Assembly: GCA_963708295.1 (NCBI GenBank)
Contig: CAVPSJ010000008.1
Location: forward strand, 192,001 to 256,000
Source of the DNA: an uncultured delta proteobacterium
Lineage (GTDB): Bacteria; Desulfobacterota; BSN033; UBA1163
Length of the DNA stretch: 64,000 nt
Direction: 5' to 3'
A model generated the notes under the pieces. The model ran no database searches and had not been told where the DNA came from. It saw nothing but the letters and a program-made list of their open reading frames with translations. The first letter of the stretch is position 1. Every line of letters starts with the position of its first letter. Both the position numbers and the translations under genes were made by a program. Below, piece after piece: positions 1 to 9,422 of the stretch.

Positions 1-1
1 A

Positions 2-1129
2 CTGACACGAAAGGGGATACTAAGAATTGCATCCTATGTTCCCGGGAAGGCGATCGAGGAGGTTCAAAAAGAGTTCGGGGCTAAAAGGTGGATTAAGCTG
101 GCTTCCAACGAAAATCTGCTGGGCCCTTCTCCAAAGGCTATCGCAGCCATTCGGAGGGAGCTTCCCAATATTTATCTTTACCCGGAAGGCCCTTGTACGC
201 TTTTAAGAAAGGCCCTGGCTGAGAAGTTTGGAATTTCAGAAAAAGAGGTCGTGATCTCCAACGGCGCCGATAATCTCATTCTCATGATTGCCAATGCTTT
301 TGTGAATGAAGGGGACGAGGTCATGATGGCCGACCCTACGTTCTCGGTCTATACGAATGTGACCCAAATCATGGGTGGAAAGCCAGTCAAGGTTAGGTTG
401 AAAGACTTCGCCCATGATCTGGACGCGATGTTAAAGCGGGTGAGCCGGAAGACAAAACTCATCTTTGTCTGCAATCCGAACAATCCGACGGGTACGACGG
501 TTTCTCTGGAGGCATTTAACCGTTTTCTCTCCAAAGTCCCCGAACGTGTCATGGTCGTCCTGGATGAAGCCTATGGGGACTTTGCCGAAGAGGCATTCTA
601 TCCCAATGGCTTAGACTATATCAAAGAAAGAAGGCAGGTCATCGTTCTCCGGACCTTTTCAAAGGTCTATGGGTTGGCGGGGTTAAGAATAGGTTTTGCA
701 TTGGGGAGGGAGGACTTCGTGGATTGCCTTTATCAGGTGAGAGACCCTTTTCCGGTTCACCGACTGGCGCAGGTGGCTGCAGTGGCTGCTCTAAACGATG
801 AGGACCATGCCGTACGGTCCATTCAATTGGTTTACGAAGGGAAGAGGTTTCTCTATAAGGAGCTGGATCGGATGGGTTTCTCCTATGTTCCCAGCCAAGC
901 CAATTTCATCCTGATCGATTTTGAAAAAGACTCGGAAAAGGTTTTTCAGGATTTTTTGAGAGAGGGGATTATCATTCGACCCGGAAAGGTGTGGGGTTAT
1001 CCCACATTTGCGAGGGTGACCATTGGAAGGATGGAGGACAACCGTAGATTCATCCGGGCCCTCAAAAAGATTCTTAGCCGTTCGTCTCTTGATGAACGTC
1101 AGGATCGTTTAGGTCGTAGAAACGGTTAA
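2..1129 (+). CDS. hisC: Histidinol-phosphate aminotransferase (5' end outside window)
   Basis: The frame is open from base 2 (YVPGK...IKLASNENLLGPSP). Class I/II PLP motifs CNPNNPTG, LDEAY and RTFSKVYGLAGLRIG. Confidence 0.9.
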   Translation: MTRKGILRIASYVPGKAIEEVQKEFGAKRWIKLASNENLLGPSPKAIAAIRRELPNIYLYPEGPCTLLRKALAEKFGISEKEVVISNGADNLILMIANAFVNEGDEVMMADPTFSVYTNVTQIMGGKPVKVRLKDFAHDLDAMLKRVSRKTKLIFVCNPNNPTGTTVSLEAFNRFLSKVPERVMVVLDEAYGDFAEEAFYPNGLDYIKERRQVIVLRTFSKVYGLAGLRIGFALGREDFVDCLYQVRDPFPVHRLAQVAAVAALNDEDHAVRSIQLVYEGKRFLYKELDRMGFSYVPSQANFILIDFEKDSEKVFQDFLREGIIIRPGKVWGYPTFARVTIGRMEDNRRFIRALKKILSRSSLDERQDRLGRRNG

Positions 1130-1181
1130 TCCTTGGAGCAGTCTCTTACGGGCAAAACGGACCCGACGAACTCAACCCAAA

Positions 1182-2441
1182 ATGGCCCCGAAAGTTCACG
1201 TTGATCTTGTCATTAAGAACGCTGACGAGCTTCTGACCCTTTCTCCTTCTTCCAGGGAAGATTCAGGGCTGGGGATGATTCAAAATGGGGCGCTCGCCGT
1301 CCGTAGGGGAAGAATCCTCTGGGTGGGGAGGACGGAGGAGATTTCCGGAAAGTTCTCCTTGAGCCGAGATGGGAGGGAAATAGATGCCACGGGTAAAGTG
1401 GTCATGCCCGGTCTCATCGATGCCCATACGCATCTCGTTTTTGCGGGGTCGAGAGAGAATGAATTCGAGCAAAGGATTCAGGGCCTCTCTTACCAGGAGA
1501 TCGCGGGGAGAGGAGGGGGAATCCTCTCAACGGTAGAGGCGACGCGGCATTCTTCCTTTGATGAACTTCTTTCCCTCGGTGCGAGAAGGTTGGACCGGAT
1601 GCTTTCCAAGGGGGTGACGACCGTGGAAGCAAAAAGCGGATACGGACTTTCTCTCCAGGATGAGATGAAGATTCTCGGAGTCATGAAGGCCTTGCGGGAA
1701 AACCATCCGGTTGAGCTCGTCCCGACCTTTTTGGGGGCCCACACCTTTCCAAAAGAATTCAGGGAGGATCGGGCGCGTTATATGGGTCTTCTCACCCAAG
1801 AGATGATCCCTCAGGTAGCACAGGAAAGGCTCGCAGAGTTTTGCGATGTCTTCTGTGAAGAGAAAGCTTTTACCCTTGCAGAGTCGAAAAAGATTCTCGA
1901 GACCGGAAAGCAGTATGGTCTGAAACCCAAGATCCACGCGGACCAGTTGAGTTCAGGCGGCGGAGCGGAGCTGGCAGCGGAGGTCGGTGCCTATTCTGCC
2001 GATCATTTAGAATTCGCGAGCCCGGAGGGTATCCGGAAAATGGCCGAAACAGGAGTCACCGCCGTTTTATTACCGGGAGCGAGTTTTTTTCTGTCGATGC
2101 AGAAATACCCTCCTGCAAGGGAGATGATCGAACAAGGAGTGGCGGTATCGCTCGCGACGGATCTGAACCCCGGTTCTTCGATGACCGAGTCCCTTCCGAT
2201 GATCATGACGATGGGGTGTACGATGTACAGGTTACTTCCCAGAGAGGTGATTCAAGCCACGACGATTCATGCGGCGAAATCCATGGGACGACAGAGAGAG
2301 ATTGGGAGCCTGGAAGTTGGAAAACAAGCCGATCTCTTGGCACTCGACATCCCCAACTATCGTTATTTCCCTTATCACTTTGGCGTGGACCATGTTGAGA
2401 CAGTGATCAAAAAAGGAACGATTGTTTATCAGAGAGCGTAA
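1182..2441 (+). CDS. hutI: Imidazolonepropionase
   Basis: Motifs PGLIDAHTHLVF, GGGILSTV, EAKSGYGL, HADQL, DHLE and ATDLNPGSS. Confidence 0.95.
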   Translation: MAPKVHVDLVIKNADELLTLSPSSREDSGLGMIQNGALAVRRGRILWVGRTEEISGKFSLSRDGREIDATGKVVMPGLIDAHTHLVFAGSRENEFEQRIQGLSYQEIAGRGGGILSTVEATRHSSFDELLSLGARRLDRMLSKGVTTVEAKSGYGLSLQDEMKILGVMKALRENHPVELVPTFLGAHTFPKEFREDRARYMGLLTQEMIPQVAQERLAEFCDVFCEEKAFTLAESKKILETGKQYGLKPKIHADQLSSGGGAELAAEVGAYSADHLEFASPEGIRKMAETGVTAVLLPGASFFLSMQKYPPAREMIEQGVAVSLATDLNPGSSMTESLPMIMTMGCTMYRLLPREVIQATTIHAAKSMGRQREIGSLEVGKQADLLALDIPNYRYFPYHFGVDHVETVIKKGTIVYQRA

Positions 2442-2457
2442 CTTCCGGGGGGTCCCC

Positions 2458-3354
2458 ATGCGACTTCTTGAATGTGTTCCAAATATCAGCGAGGGCAGAG
2501 ATCAAGAGAAGATTGCTTCCATTTCAGAGGAAATAAGAAAACATAGAAGGGTCAGACTTCTTGACTGTTCTTCGGACAAGGACCACCACAGAAGCGTGTT
2601 CACTTTCGTTGGGGAACCCGAGGCGATTCAAGAAGCTGCCTTCGCGTTCACCCTGAAGGCCCTCGACCTCATTGATATGAGGGGACACCAGGGAGGTCAC
2701 CCTCGTCTGGGAGCAGTGGATGTCGTTCCCTTTGTTCCCATTCATGGGGTAAAAATGGAAGAGGCTGTTCAAATAGCCCATGAATTTGGGAAGGGGCTGG
2801 GGAAAAGGGGGATTCCTGTCTTTTTTTATGAAGAAGCGGCGACCCGACCGGAGAGAAAAGGCCTCCCTTCCATCCGAAAAGGGGAATATGAGGGATTGGC
2901 GGAGAAGCTGAAGGATCCCGACTGGAAGCCCGATGAAGGACCCGATCATTTCGATCCAAGATCCGGGGCTACGGTTGTGGGGGCGCGCTTCCCTTTGGTC
3001 GCCTATAATGTTAACCTTAAAACGAGGGACCTCACTTTTGCCAAAGAGATTGCCAGGAAAGTCCGGTTCAAAGACGGAGGATTCCCTCATGTTAGGGCGA
3101 TGGGAGTGGATCTGAAGGAAAAAGAGATGGTCCAGGTTTCGATGAATCTGACCGATTATCGGGTGACCAATATCCCAACAGTATATGAATTCATCAAAGA
3201 AGAGGCTTTGAAAAAAGGGATCGAGGTTGGGGGTTCGGAAATCGTGGGATTGATTCCTCTGGGTGCTTTGGCGGATATCGCCGGGCGTTATTTGAGCTCT
3301 GAGCAGTTTTCGCTTCGCCAGGTGATCGAACAGCGAATTTTGGAATTTGATTGA
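2458..3354 (+). CDS. ftcD: Glutamate formimidoyltransferase
   Basis: Starts MRLLECVPNISEGRD; motifs DKDHHRSV, HPRLGAVDVVPF and VQVSMNL; follows hutI. Confidence 0.93.
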   Translation: MRLLECVPNISEGRDQEKIASISEEIRKHRRVRLLDCSSDKDHHRSVFTFVGEPEAIQEAAFAFTLKALDLIDMRGHQGGHPRLGAVDVVPFVPIHGVKMEEAVQIAHEFGKGLGKRGIPVFFYEEAATRPERKGLPSIRKGEYEGLAEKLKDPDWKPDEGPDHFDPRSGATVVGARFPLVAYNVNLKTRDLTFAKEIARKVRFKDGGFPHVRAMGVDLKEKEMVQVSMNLTDYRVTNIPTVYEFIKEEALKKGIEVGGSEIVGLIPLGALADIAGRYLSSEQFSLRQVIEQRILEFD

Positions 3355-3366
3355 GAGGGAGAGATC

Positions 3367-3978
3367 ATGGAACTCAAACGATTCTTGGAAAAGCTGTCGT
3401 CAGATACTCCTACCCCCGGGGGAGGAAGCGCTTCAGCGCTGGCAGGGGCGTTGTCTGCCTCGCTCGTGACCATGGTGGCAGGGCTTACTTCCAAGAAGGA
3501 CAAATCAAAAAAAAAAGAGATGGAGGGGATAAGAAAGAAAGGGATGTCCTTTCAGAAAAGGCTTTTTCGGGCAATTGATGAGGATTCAAAGTCTTATGAG
3601 GCGGTCTTGAAAGCATTTCGACTTCCCAGAAACTCGGGAAAAGAGCGTCTCCGTCGGATCAAGGAGATTCAAAGGGCCTATCAGAGAGCCACCCTGCCCC
3701 CCCAAAAGGTTTGTCAGCAGTCCCTTGAACTCCTGGAATATTGCTGGACGCTTATTTTAAGGGGCAACCCGAATGCCGTCAGTGATGCTGGGGTGGCCGC
3801 ACTTCTCGCCGATGCTGCCTGCGCAGGGGGGTTACTCAATATCAAAATTAATCTCGCAGGCGTGGCTGAAAAAAGCTTTGTCAAGAAAATGAATAAGATG
3901 ACGAGGAGCTGGGCAAAAAAGAGAAATCAACGGATGAAGGCCATTCACAAGAGCCTGACCGGAATTTATTCACGTTAA
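3367..3978 (+). CDS. Formimidoyltetrahydrofolate cyclodeaminase (FTCD C-terminal family)
   Basis: Motifs PTPGGGSASA and GNPNAVSDAGVA; directly after ftcD. Confidence 0.9.
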   Translation: MELKRFLEKLSSDTPTPGGGSASALAGALSASLVTMVAGLTSKKDKSKKKEMEGIRKKGMSFQKRLFRAIDEDSKSYEAVLKAFRLPRNSGKERLRRIKEIQRAYQRATLPPQKVCQQSLELLEYCWTLILRGNPNAVSDAGVAALLADAACAGGLLNIKINLAGVAEKSFVKKMNKMTRSWAKKRNQRMKAIHKSLTGIYSR

Positions 3979-4053
3979 GCGACCGAATTTCCATCCGGAT
4001 GGAACGGGCGGTTTTTTCTAAAATCCCTTAAAGGGTTTCTTTGTGGGGGGGAC

Positions 4054-5493
4054 ATGTCGAAGTCTGGCGTTTTAATCGCAATCGTCCTTTTTCTTATTCT
4101 GAGCTTTTCCACAGTCAGCGGCCAGGAAAACCTGCCCCTTCTCATTAAAAAGACCGAACCCTCGATCGTTGTCATCGTGACTTTTGGAAAAGAGGGAAAC
4201 ATGCTCGGTCAGGGAACCGGGTTTTTTATCAATCAGGAAGGGGACGTGGTCACGAATTCTCATGTCCTGGAGGGGGCAAGCCGCGCTGTCGCCCAGACGA
4301 CCGACGGGAAAGAACACGCTGTCCGGAGAGTTCTTGCCGAAGACAAGGAAGGCGATTTAGTCCGGGTATCGGTAGAGATTTCGAGAGAAGCTGTCAGACC
4401 CTTAGCCGTCCGGGCGGGGCTTCCCGATGTAGGGGAAAGAATTATTATTATAGGGACGCCCCTCGGACTCGACAAAACCGTCTCGGATGGCATTGTTTCC
4501 GCTGTCCGGGATGTCCCTGAATTTGGAAAAATTATTCAGGTGACCGCTCCGATTTCTCCCGGGTCCAGCGGGAGCCCGGTCATCGACATGCAGGGAGAGG
4601 TGATCGGGATCGCAACTTTCTTTGTGGTGGCAGGTCAAAACCTCAACTTTGCCATTCCTGGAGAGAGAATAGCAAGACTGGCCAGCGGTCAAGAAGAAAC
4701 CCTTTCGGAGCGGGATGAAAAGAGAACAAAAGGTTGGCTTGCCTCGGCAGAGGGACTTTATTCAACCGGACTTCATTTCCTTTGGACAGAGGAGTACGCG
4801 AAAGCTCTTCCCTATTTTTTTGAAACGGTTAAGAGAAACCCGGGCCACGGTGCAGGGTATTTCCAGATCGGATATTGTCTGGCCAAACTTGGGCAGTATA
4901 AAGAAGCCATTGAGTTGTATAAACAGGCCCTTCGCGTCATCCCGAAAGAAGCCGGTGTTTATAGTAATCTGTGCACTGCTTACGGAAAGGCCGGTCGCTA
5001 CGATGAAGCGATTGAATCCTGCAAAGCGGCCATCCAGCTCAAGCCCGATTTTGCCGAAGCTTATAGCAATCTGGGGTGGTCCTATCACAAGGCAGGGCGT
5101 CATCAGGAGGCCGTCGAGGCGTGTAAGCAGGCCATTCGTCTCAAGCCTGATTTTTCTTCGGCTCACTATAATCTCGGAAACAGTTACTCTGCTCTGAAAA
5201 AATATGCAGAGGCCATCGATTCCTACAAAGAGGCGATTCGCATCCAATTCGATTACGCCGAAAGCCATTCGGACTTAGGGGCAGCTTATTTTCACACGGG
5301 GCGGATTGAAGAGGCGATCGTATCTTACAAACAGGCCATCCGGTTCAAGCCTGCGCTGGCCGAGGCCCGCCTCAATCTGGGAATGGCTTATTTGAGGCTT
5401 GGGGACAAAGGGTCCGCCATTGAGGAATACAAGGTCCTGAAGGGATTGAATCAGGAACTCGCCAATCGACTTTTTAATCTGATCTATGAGTGA
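4054..5493 (+). CDS. Exported trypsin-like serine protease with C-terminal TPR array
   Basis: Signal peptide; GTGFFI; catalytic triad segments TNSHV, GDLV and SPGSSGSP; several TPR repeats (AHYNLGNSY-type). Confidence 0.85.
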   Translation: MSKSGVLIAIVLFLILSFSTVSGQENLPLLIKKTEPSIVVIVTFGKEGNMLGQGTGFFINQEGDVVTNSHVLEGASRAVAQTTDGKEHAVRRVLAEDKEGDLVRVSVEISREAVRPLAVRAGLPDVGERIIIIGTPLGLDKTVSDGIVSAVRDVPEFGKIIQVTAPISPGSSGSPVIDMQGEVIGIATFFVVAGQNLNFAIPGERIARLASGQEETLSERDEKRTKGWLASAEGLYSTGLHFLWTEEYAKALPYFFETVKRNPGHGAGYFQIGYCLAKLGQYKEAIELYKQALRVIPKEAGVYSNLCTAYGKAGRYDEAIESCKAAIQLKPDFAEAYSNLGWSYHKAGRHQEAVEACKQAIRLKPDFSSAHYNLGNSYSALKKYAEAIDSYKEAIRIQFDYAESHSDLGAAYFHTGRIEEAIVSYKQAIRFKPALAEARLNLGMAYLRLGDKGSAIEEYKVLKGLNQELANRLFNLIYE

Positions 5494-5600
5494 GGGCTAA
5501 GGCTTGACGGAAGACTTCGGGCCGCACAGGGCTCTCTCAGCGCCCCTGCCGGGACGGCCGGAGTAATTTCCTGTGCCCCCTGGTCTTACTCTGGAGTCTC

Positions 5601-5634
5601 TTACAGCGGGGATGAGAATTCATCCCCGCTGTAA
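5601..5634. terminator. Perfect 15-bp hairpin between convergent genes (terminator or REP)
   Basis: TTACAGCGGGGATGA-gaat-TCATCCCCGCTGTAA. Confidence 0.55.
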
Positions 5635-5732
5635 TTTTCCGGAGGGATTTGGGTCTCCTGGGCGTTTGATATCCGAATCCCTTTACACAGAAGGTTTCTC
5701 AACAAAGCAAGTGAATGTCCGGTGAAGAATAT

Positions 5733-6035
5733 TTACTTCTTTGGGGGGACGATCGCTTCCTTGCACGCTTTGGCAATGCGCATCTTCACCACGGTCTTGG
5801 CCGGGATATTAATCGCCTCACCCGTAGCCGGATTTCTCCCCACGCGCGCTTTCCGCTTGACCAGGACGAGTTTGCCGATTCCCGGGAAGGTGAAGGCTCC
5901 CACCTTCTTGGTCTCGGCGACCGCCAATCCTGCCATCTCATCGATGACGGTTGAAGCAATCTTTTTGGAGAGGTCAAACTTCTTCGCAAAAAATGAAACG
6001 ATCTGGGCCTTCGTAAGCGGTTTCTTGCCTGCCAT
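5733..6035 (-). CDS. HU family DNA-binding protein
   Basis: FPGIGKL...RKARVGRNPATGEAINIPAK signature. Confidence 0.93.
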   Translation of the reverse strand: MAGKKPLTKAQIVSFFAKKFDLSKKIASTVIDEMAGLAVAETKKVGAFTFPGIGKLVLVKRKARVGRNPATGEAINIPAKTVVKMRIAKACKEAIVPPKK

Positions 6036-6123
6036 ACTCTTTCCTCCTCTTGGTGATATGATTTAAAGTCTAAGTATACAAAAAAGTTTCTAAAAAGCAA
6101 GTACAAAATTATTAAAAAAAAAT

Positions 6124-6199
6124 TGGAGCGGGCAACGGGGATCGAACCCGCGACCCTCGGCTTGGGAAGCCGATGCTCTACCAGCTGAGCTATGCCCGC
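6124..6199 (-). tRNA. tRNA-Gly(CCC)
   Basis: Reverse complement GCGGGCATAGCTCAGCTGGTAGAGC...TTCCCAA...GGTTCGATCCC...GCTCCA gives a 76-nt cloverleaf with CCA. Confidence 0.96.
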
Positions 6200-6272
6200 C
6201 CTCTGACAGGTTCGACGATCAATCGCCCATGTCCAAAATAAAGGAAAATGCCGGGCCTTGTCAAGAAGTTTT

Positions 6273-6471
6273 TAGCAGGCCGCTGAAAAACGTCCATCTG
6301 CGGCGATCCGGTCCCCTTCGGGGACGTGCCAAGAGTTGCTCCTTATTCGTCGTGATGCCACGCTCAGGGTTTCGAGAGCCTCGCCTCTGGCTGCGCGAAG
6401 TCCCGCCTCGCGGGGCGAAGGCAGGAGCATTTTTGAGCTGCCTGGGAGATTACGCTTTTCTCAACAGCTAG
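6273..6471. mobile_element. MITE-like element, copy 1 of 3
   Basis: Ends CAGGCCGCTGAAAAA and TTTTCTCAACAGCT; internal GCATTTTTGAGCTGCCTG; similar to 12418 and 61447. Confidence 0.7.
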
Positions 6472-7550
6472 ATTACTTTCAGCTCGTTCGGAAGATAAGT
6501 CAAAACTTCCACTCCTCGAGGGGTGACGAGAACCATATCTTCGATCCGGACTCCGCCTTGGTCAGGGAGGTAAATGCCGGGTTCTATCGTAAAAACCATT
6601 CCTTCCTGAAGGAGGTCTTTGTTTTCGCCGTTGACCGCAGGATCCTCATGGACCGCAAGTCCGATGCCGTGGCCCGTGCCGTGACCGAAATAATCCCCGT
6701 ATCCCTGATTTCGAATGTGGTCTCTTGCTGCTCCGTCGACCTCGCCGATGGGGATGCCCGGCCTCACCTTCTCAATCGCCCGGTCGTGAGCTTCCTTGAC
6801 GATTTGATAGATCTTCGCCTGTTCGGGGGAAGGGTGACTGCAGACCACCGTGCGTGTTTGATCGGAGTGGTAACCCTGAAATCCTGAGCCAAAATCGATG
6901 AGGACAAAATCTCCCTTCTCGATCCGTTTGCCACTGGCCTTCCCGTGAGGAAGAGCGGATCGTTTTCCGGAGGCCATAATTATGTCGAAACCAATAGCAT
7001 CCGCCCCCCCACGCTTCATGAGGGATTCCATTTCCAGAGCAACCTCTCGCTCCACCACGCCTTCTTTGAGCATTTCCGTCGCCTGGAAAAAGGCATTCGA
7101 TGAGATGTCAATCGCCCTCCGGATGAGGGTGAGTTCATGGGCATCTTTGACAGCTCGCAGGTCTTTTATTTCATTCTCCAGCGGATGCAGTTTTGCCTCA
7201 GCGGTCAATCTTTCCGTGATAAAGCGATAGGCCGAGAAGGGAAGGACGGCGGATTCAAATCCGATCTCACTCAATTTCAGGTCAACCAAAAGAGAGAGGA
7301 TCCCCTCCATTTTCCTTTTGTAACGGACGATCTGGGTTCCCTTCACCTCTTCATCCGCCTGGGTCCAGTACCGGGAGTCCGTCAGGAAAAAGGATTCCTT
7401 CTGGGTGATGATGAAGGCGCCATCACTTCCGGTAAAACCGCACAGATAGCGAATGTTTTCAAGGCTGACGAAGAGAATCCCGTCCAGATGAGAGGAATCC
7501 AAAATCTTCCGGGCATTTTTTTGCCGCGCCTCATGAAAAGAATTTCCCAT
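6468..7550 (-). CDS. Xaa-Pro aminopeptidase (M24 family)
   Basis: Motifs TDSRY, ALPHG, DFG..YHSDQTRT, HGTGHGIGL.VHE, TIEPG and GVRIED. Confidence 0.92.
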   Translation of the reverse strand: MGNSFHEARQKNARKILDSSHLDGILFVSLENIRYLCGFTGSDGAFIITQKESFFLTDSRYWTQADEEVKGTQIVRYKRKMEGILSLLVDLKLSEIGFESAVLPFSAYRFITERLTAEAKLHPLENEIKDLRAVKDAHELTLIRRAIDISSNAFFQATEMLKEGVVEREVALEMESLMKRGGADAIGFDIIMASGKRSALPHGKASGKRIEKGDFVLIDFGSGFQGYHSDQTRTVVCSHPSPEQAKIYQIVKEAHDRAIEKVRPGIPIGEVDGAARDHIRNQGYGDYFGHGTGHGIGLAVHEDPAVNGENKDLLQEGMVFTIEPGIYLPDQGGVRIEDMVLVTPRGVEVLTYLPNELKVI

Positions 7551-7804
7551 CAGTTTGGCCTCCGTTTCCGAATATTAGCCAGCCATTTCTCGAGATGGTG
7601 TATCTTTTCCTCCTTGGAAAGAGGGGAGGAGAAGCCGGAAAGAGGGGAGGAATCCAATTTCTCTCTCAGCTCTTCTAACCTCTTTTCTATTTCTGCATCA
7701 AAGGGATCTTTTTCCGCTAGGATTTTATAAATGTCGTAGGCCTCCTGAAGGTGCCCCTGTTGGAGATAAATCTCAGCAAGTGTCTTCGTCGTCAAGCGAT
7801 CCAT
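7550..7804 (-). CDS. Small TPR-containing protein
   Basis: TKTLAEIYLQQGHLQEAYDIY TPR-like motif; stop overlaps the peptidase start; start codon uncertain (7804 or 7819). Confidence 0.75.
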   Translation of the reverse strand: MDRLTTKTLAEIYLQQGHLQEAYDIYKILAEKDPFDAEIEKRLEELREKLDSSPLSGFSSPLSKEEKIHHLEKWLANIRKRRPN

Positions 7805-7834
7805 AGGCTCCCCCGGCATGAAAGGCCTTTTTAA

Positions 7835-7863
7835 AAATTAGAGAATAATTTTCAAAAAGTCAA
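7835..7863 (-). promoter_or_regulatory. sigma70 promoter for TPR-peptidase operon
   Basis: TTGACT-17bp-TAATTT on the minus strand. Confidence 0.55.
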
Positions 7864-7896
7864 CCCCCTTATCCCTCTTGCTCACCCCAGCTCTTC

Positions 7897-8075
7897 TTTG
7901 CCCGCCACCAGGGGAAATCCCCTCCGAGGCTTCATCAGGCCCGCGTTGAGGTATTCGGGATCAAAGTCCTCAATAACATTCAATCCTGCTCTCCCTCGTT
8001 GGTGCTCATGCAGCCAAACTCTGAAGCGGTAGGGCTGATAAAGCCCCTTCAGGGGTCCCCCTGATGGCGGGCAAA
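7897..8075 (-). ncRNA. Candidate structured RNA, unknown family (copy 1)
   Basis: Long closing stem. Plus-strand A-C mismatches become G-U pairs on the minus strand. Diverged homologue at 40151-40320. Confidence 0.65.
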
Positions 8076-8184
8076 AAAATGACCCGATTCCAGGAAAGAG
8101 GTTCTCCTATCGATCAGGACATCGAGGGCAGGATACAGAGGGACGGGTGGGAGAAGCTTTGTCCCCCCAAAAAAAGAGAGAGTA

Positions 8185-8213
8185 TTGACATGGGGGTGAT
8201 TATCAAATAATAT
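8185..8213 (+). promoter_or_regulatory. sigma70 promoter for serC-like/serA/purA
   Basis: TTGACA-17bp-TAATAT, then AAAGGA RBS before ATG 8247. Confidence 0.65.
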
Positions 8214-8246
8214 TATTTGGTTTTTCTCATTTGAAAGGAATCGAAT

Positions 8247-9389
8247 ATGGAAAAGAAATATCTGTTTTCCCCGGGACCGACCATGCTTCCGCCGGAGGTG
8301 CTTCTCAAGATGGCAGAGCCCATCATGCACCACCGGGAGCCGGAGTTTGAGAAGATCTTTGCCGAGATCAGGGAAGGGCTGAAATATCTCTTCCAGACGA
8401 AGAACGAGGTGTTGATCTTCACCTCCTCCGGGAACGGGCGCGATGGAAGGGGCGGTTTCCAACCTCCTTTCGAAAGGGGACAAGGCCATCGTTGTCCGTG
8501 GAGGAAAGTTTGGCGAGAGATGGGGAGAGATCTGCAAGGCCTACGGAATTGAGTTTATTCCCATCGATGTGGAATGGGGCAAGGCCGTCGATCCCAAAAA
8601 AATCAAAGAACTTCTGGAATCGGATCCTTCCATCCGGGCCGTCTATACGCAGGCCAGCGAGACCTCGACCGGCGTGAAGCATCCCATCCGGGAGATCGCC
8701 GAGATTGTGAAAAGATACGAAGACAAGGTCGTTGTCGTCGATGCCATCACGGGGATCGGCGTCTTCGACATTCCGATGGATGCATGGGGACTCGATGTGG
8801 TGATCAGCGGATCTCAGAAGGCCCTGATGCTGCCGCCCGGGCTTTCCTTTGCGGCCTTGAGTGATAAGGCATGGAAGTTTGTGGAGAGAGTCGAACCTGC
8901 CGAAGTACTATTTTGACTTCAAAAAGGAGCTCAAGAATACCAAGAAGAACCAGAGTTCCTACACCCCGGCCATCTCTCTCTTTGTCGGTTTGAGGGAGAT
9001 CGCTCCGTATGATTCGGAAAGAGGGACTGGAAGCCGTCTTTCGGCGGCATGAAAAGTTGGCCGAGGCCACCCGTCGGGCCGTGAAGGCCCTGGGCCTTGA
9101 GCTTTATGCACCCGATTCACCGAGCAATGCGCTTACCGCGGTCAAGATTCCCGGAGGGATCGACGGAGAGAAATTGAAGGACCTCTTTTTTGAGAAATTC
9201 GGAATCACCGTGGCCGAAGGACAGGATCGGGCCAAGGGCAAGATCATTCGAATCGCCCATCTGGGATACTATGACCGACTGGACATGATCATGGTCATTT
9301 CAGCCCTGGAGATGCTTCTCAAGGAGATGGGCTACTCCTTTGAGCTGGGAGCGGGAGTCAAGGCGGCTGAAGAGGTTTTGATGAAATAG
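8247..9389 (+). CDS. Class V PLP aminotransferase (serine-glyoxylate / SerC-like); split by about 3 frameshifts, probably sequencing errors
   Basis: Fragments with LFSPGPT, ETSTGV, VDAI, SGSQKALMLPPGL and RIAHLG join across single-base insertions. Confidence 0.85.
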
Positions 9390-9422
9390 CGGGCATCCGA
9401 GGCGGCTTGAGGGATAGGTGAG

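Noticed and set aside
7897-8075. 6S RNA, SRP RNA, hammerhead ribozyme or riboswitch identity for the repeated RNA motif
   Set aside because: No SRP GGAAGGAAGCAGC loop; CUGAUGA is not conserved in copy 2; no zapA/ygfA context or clear 6S central bubble; neither copy is positioned as a 5' leader.
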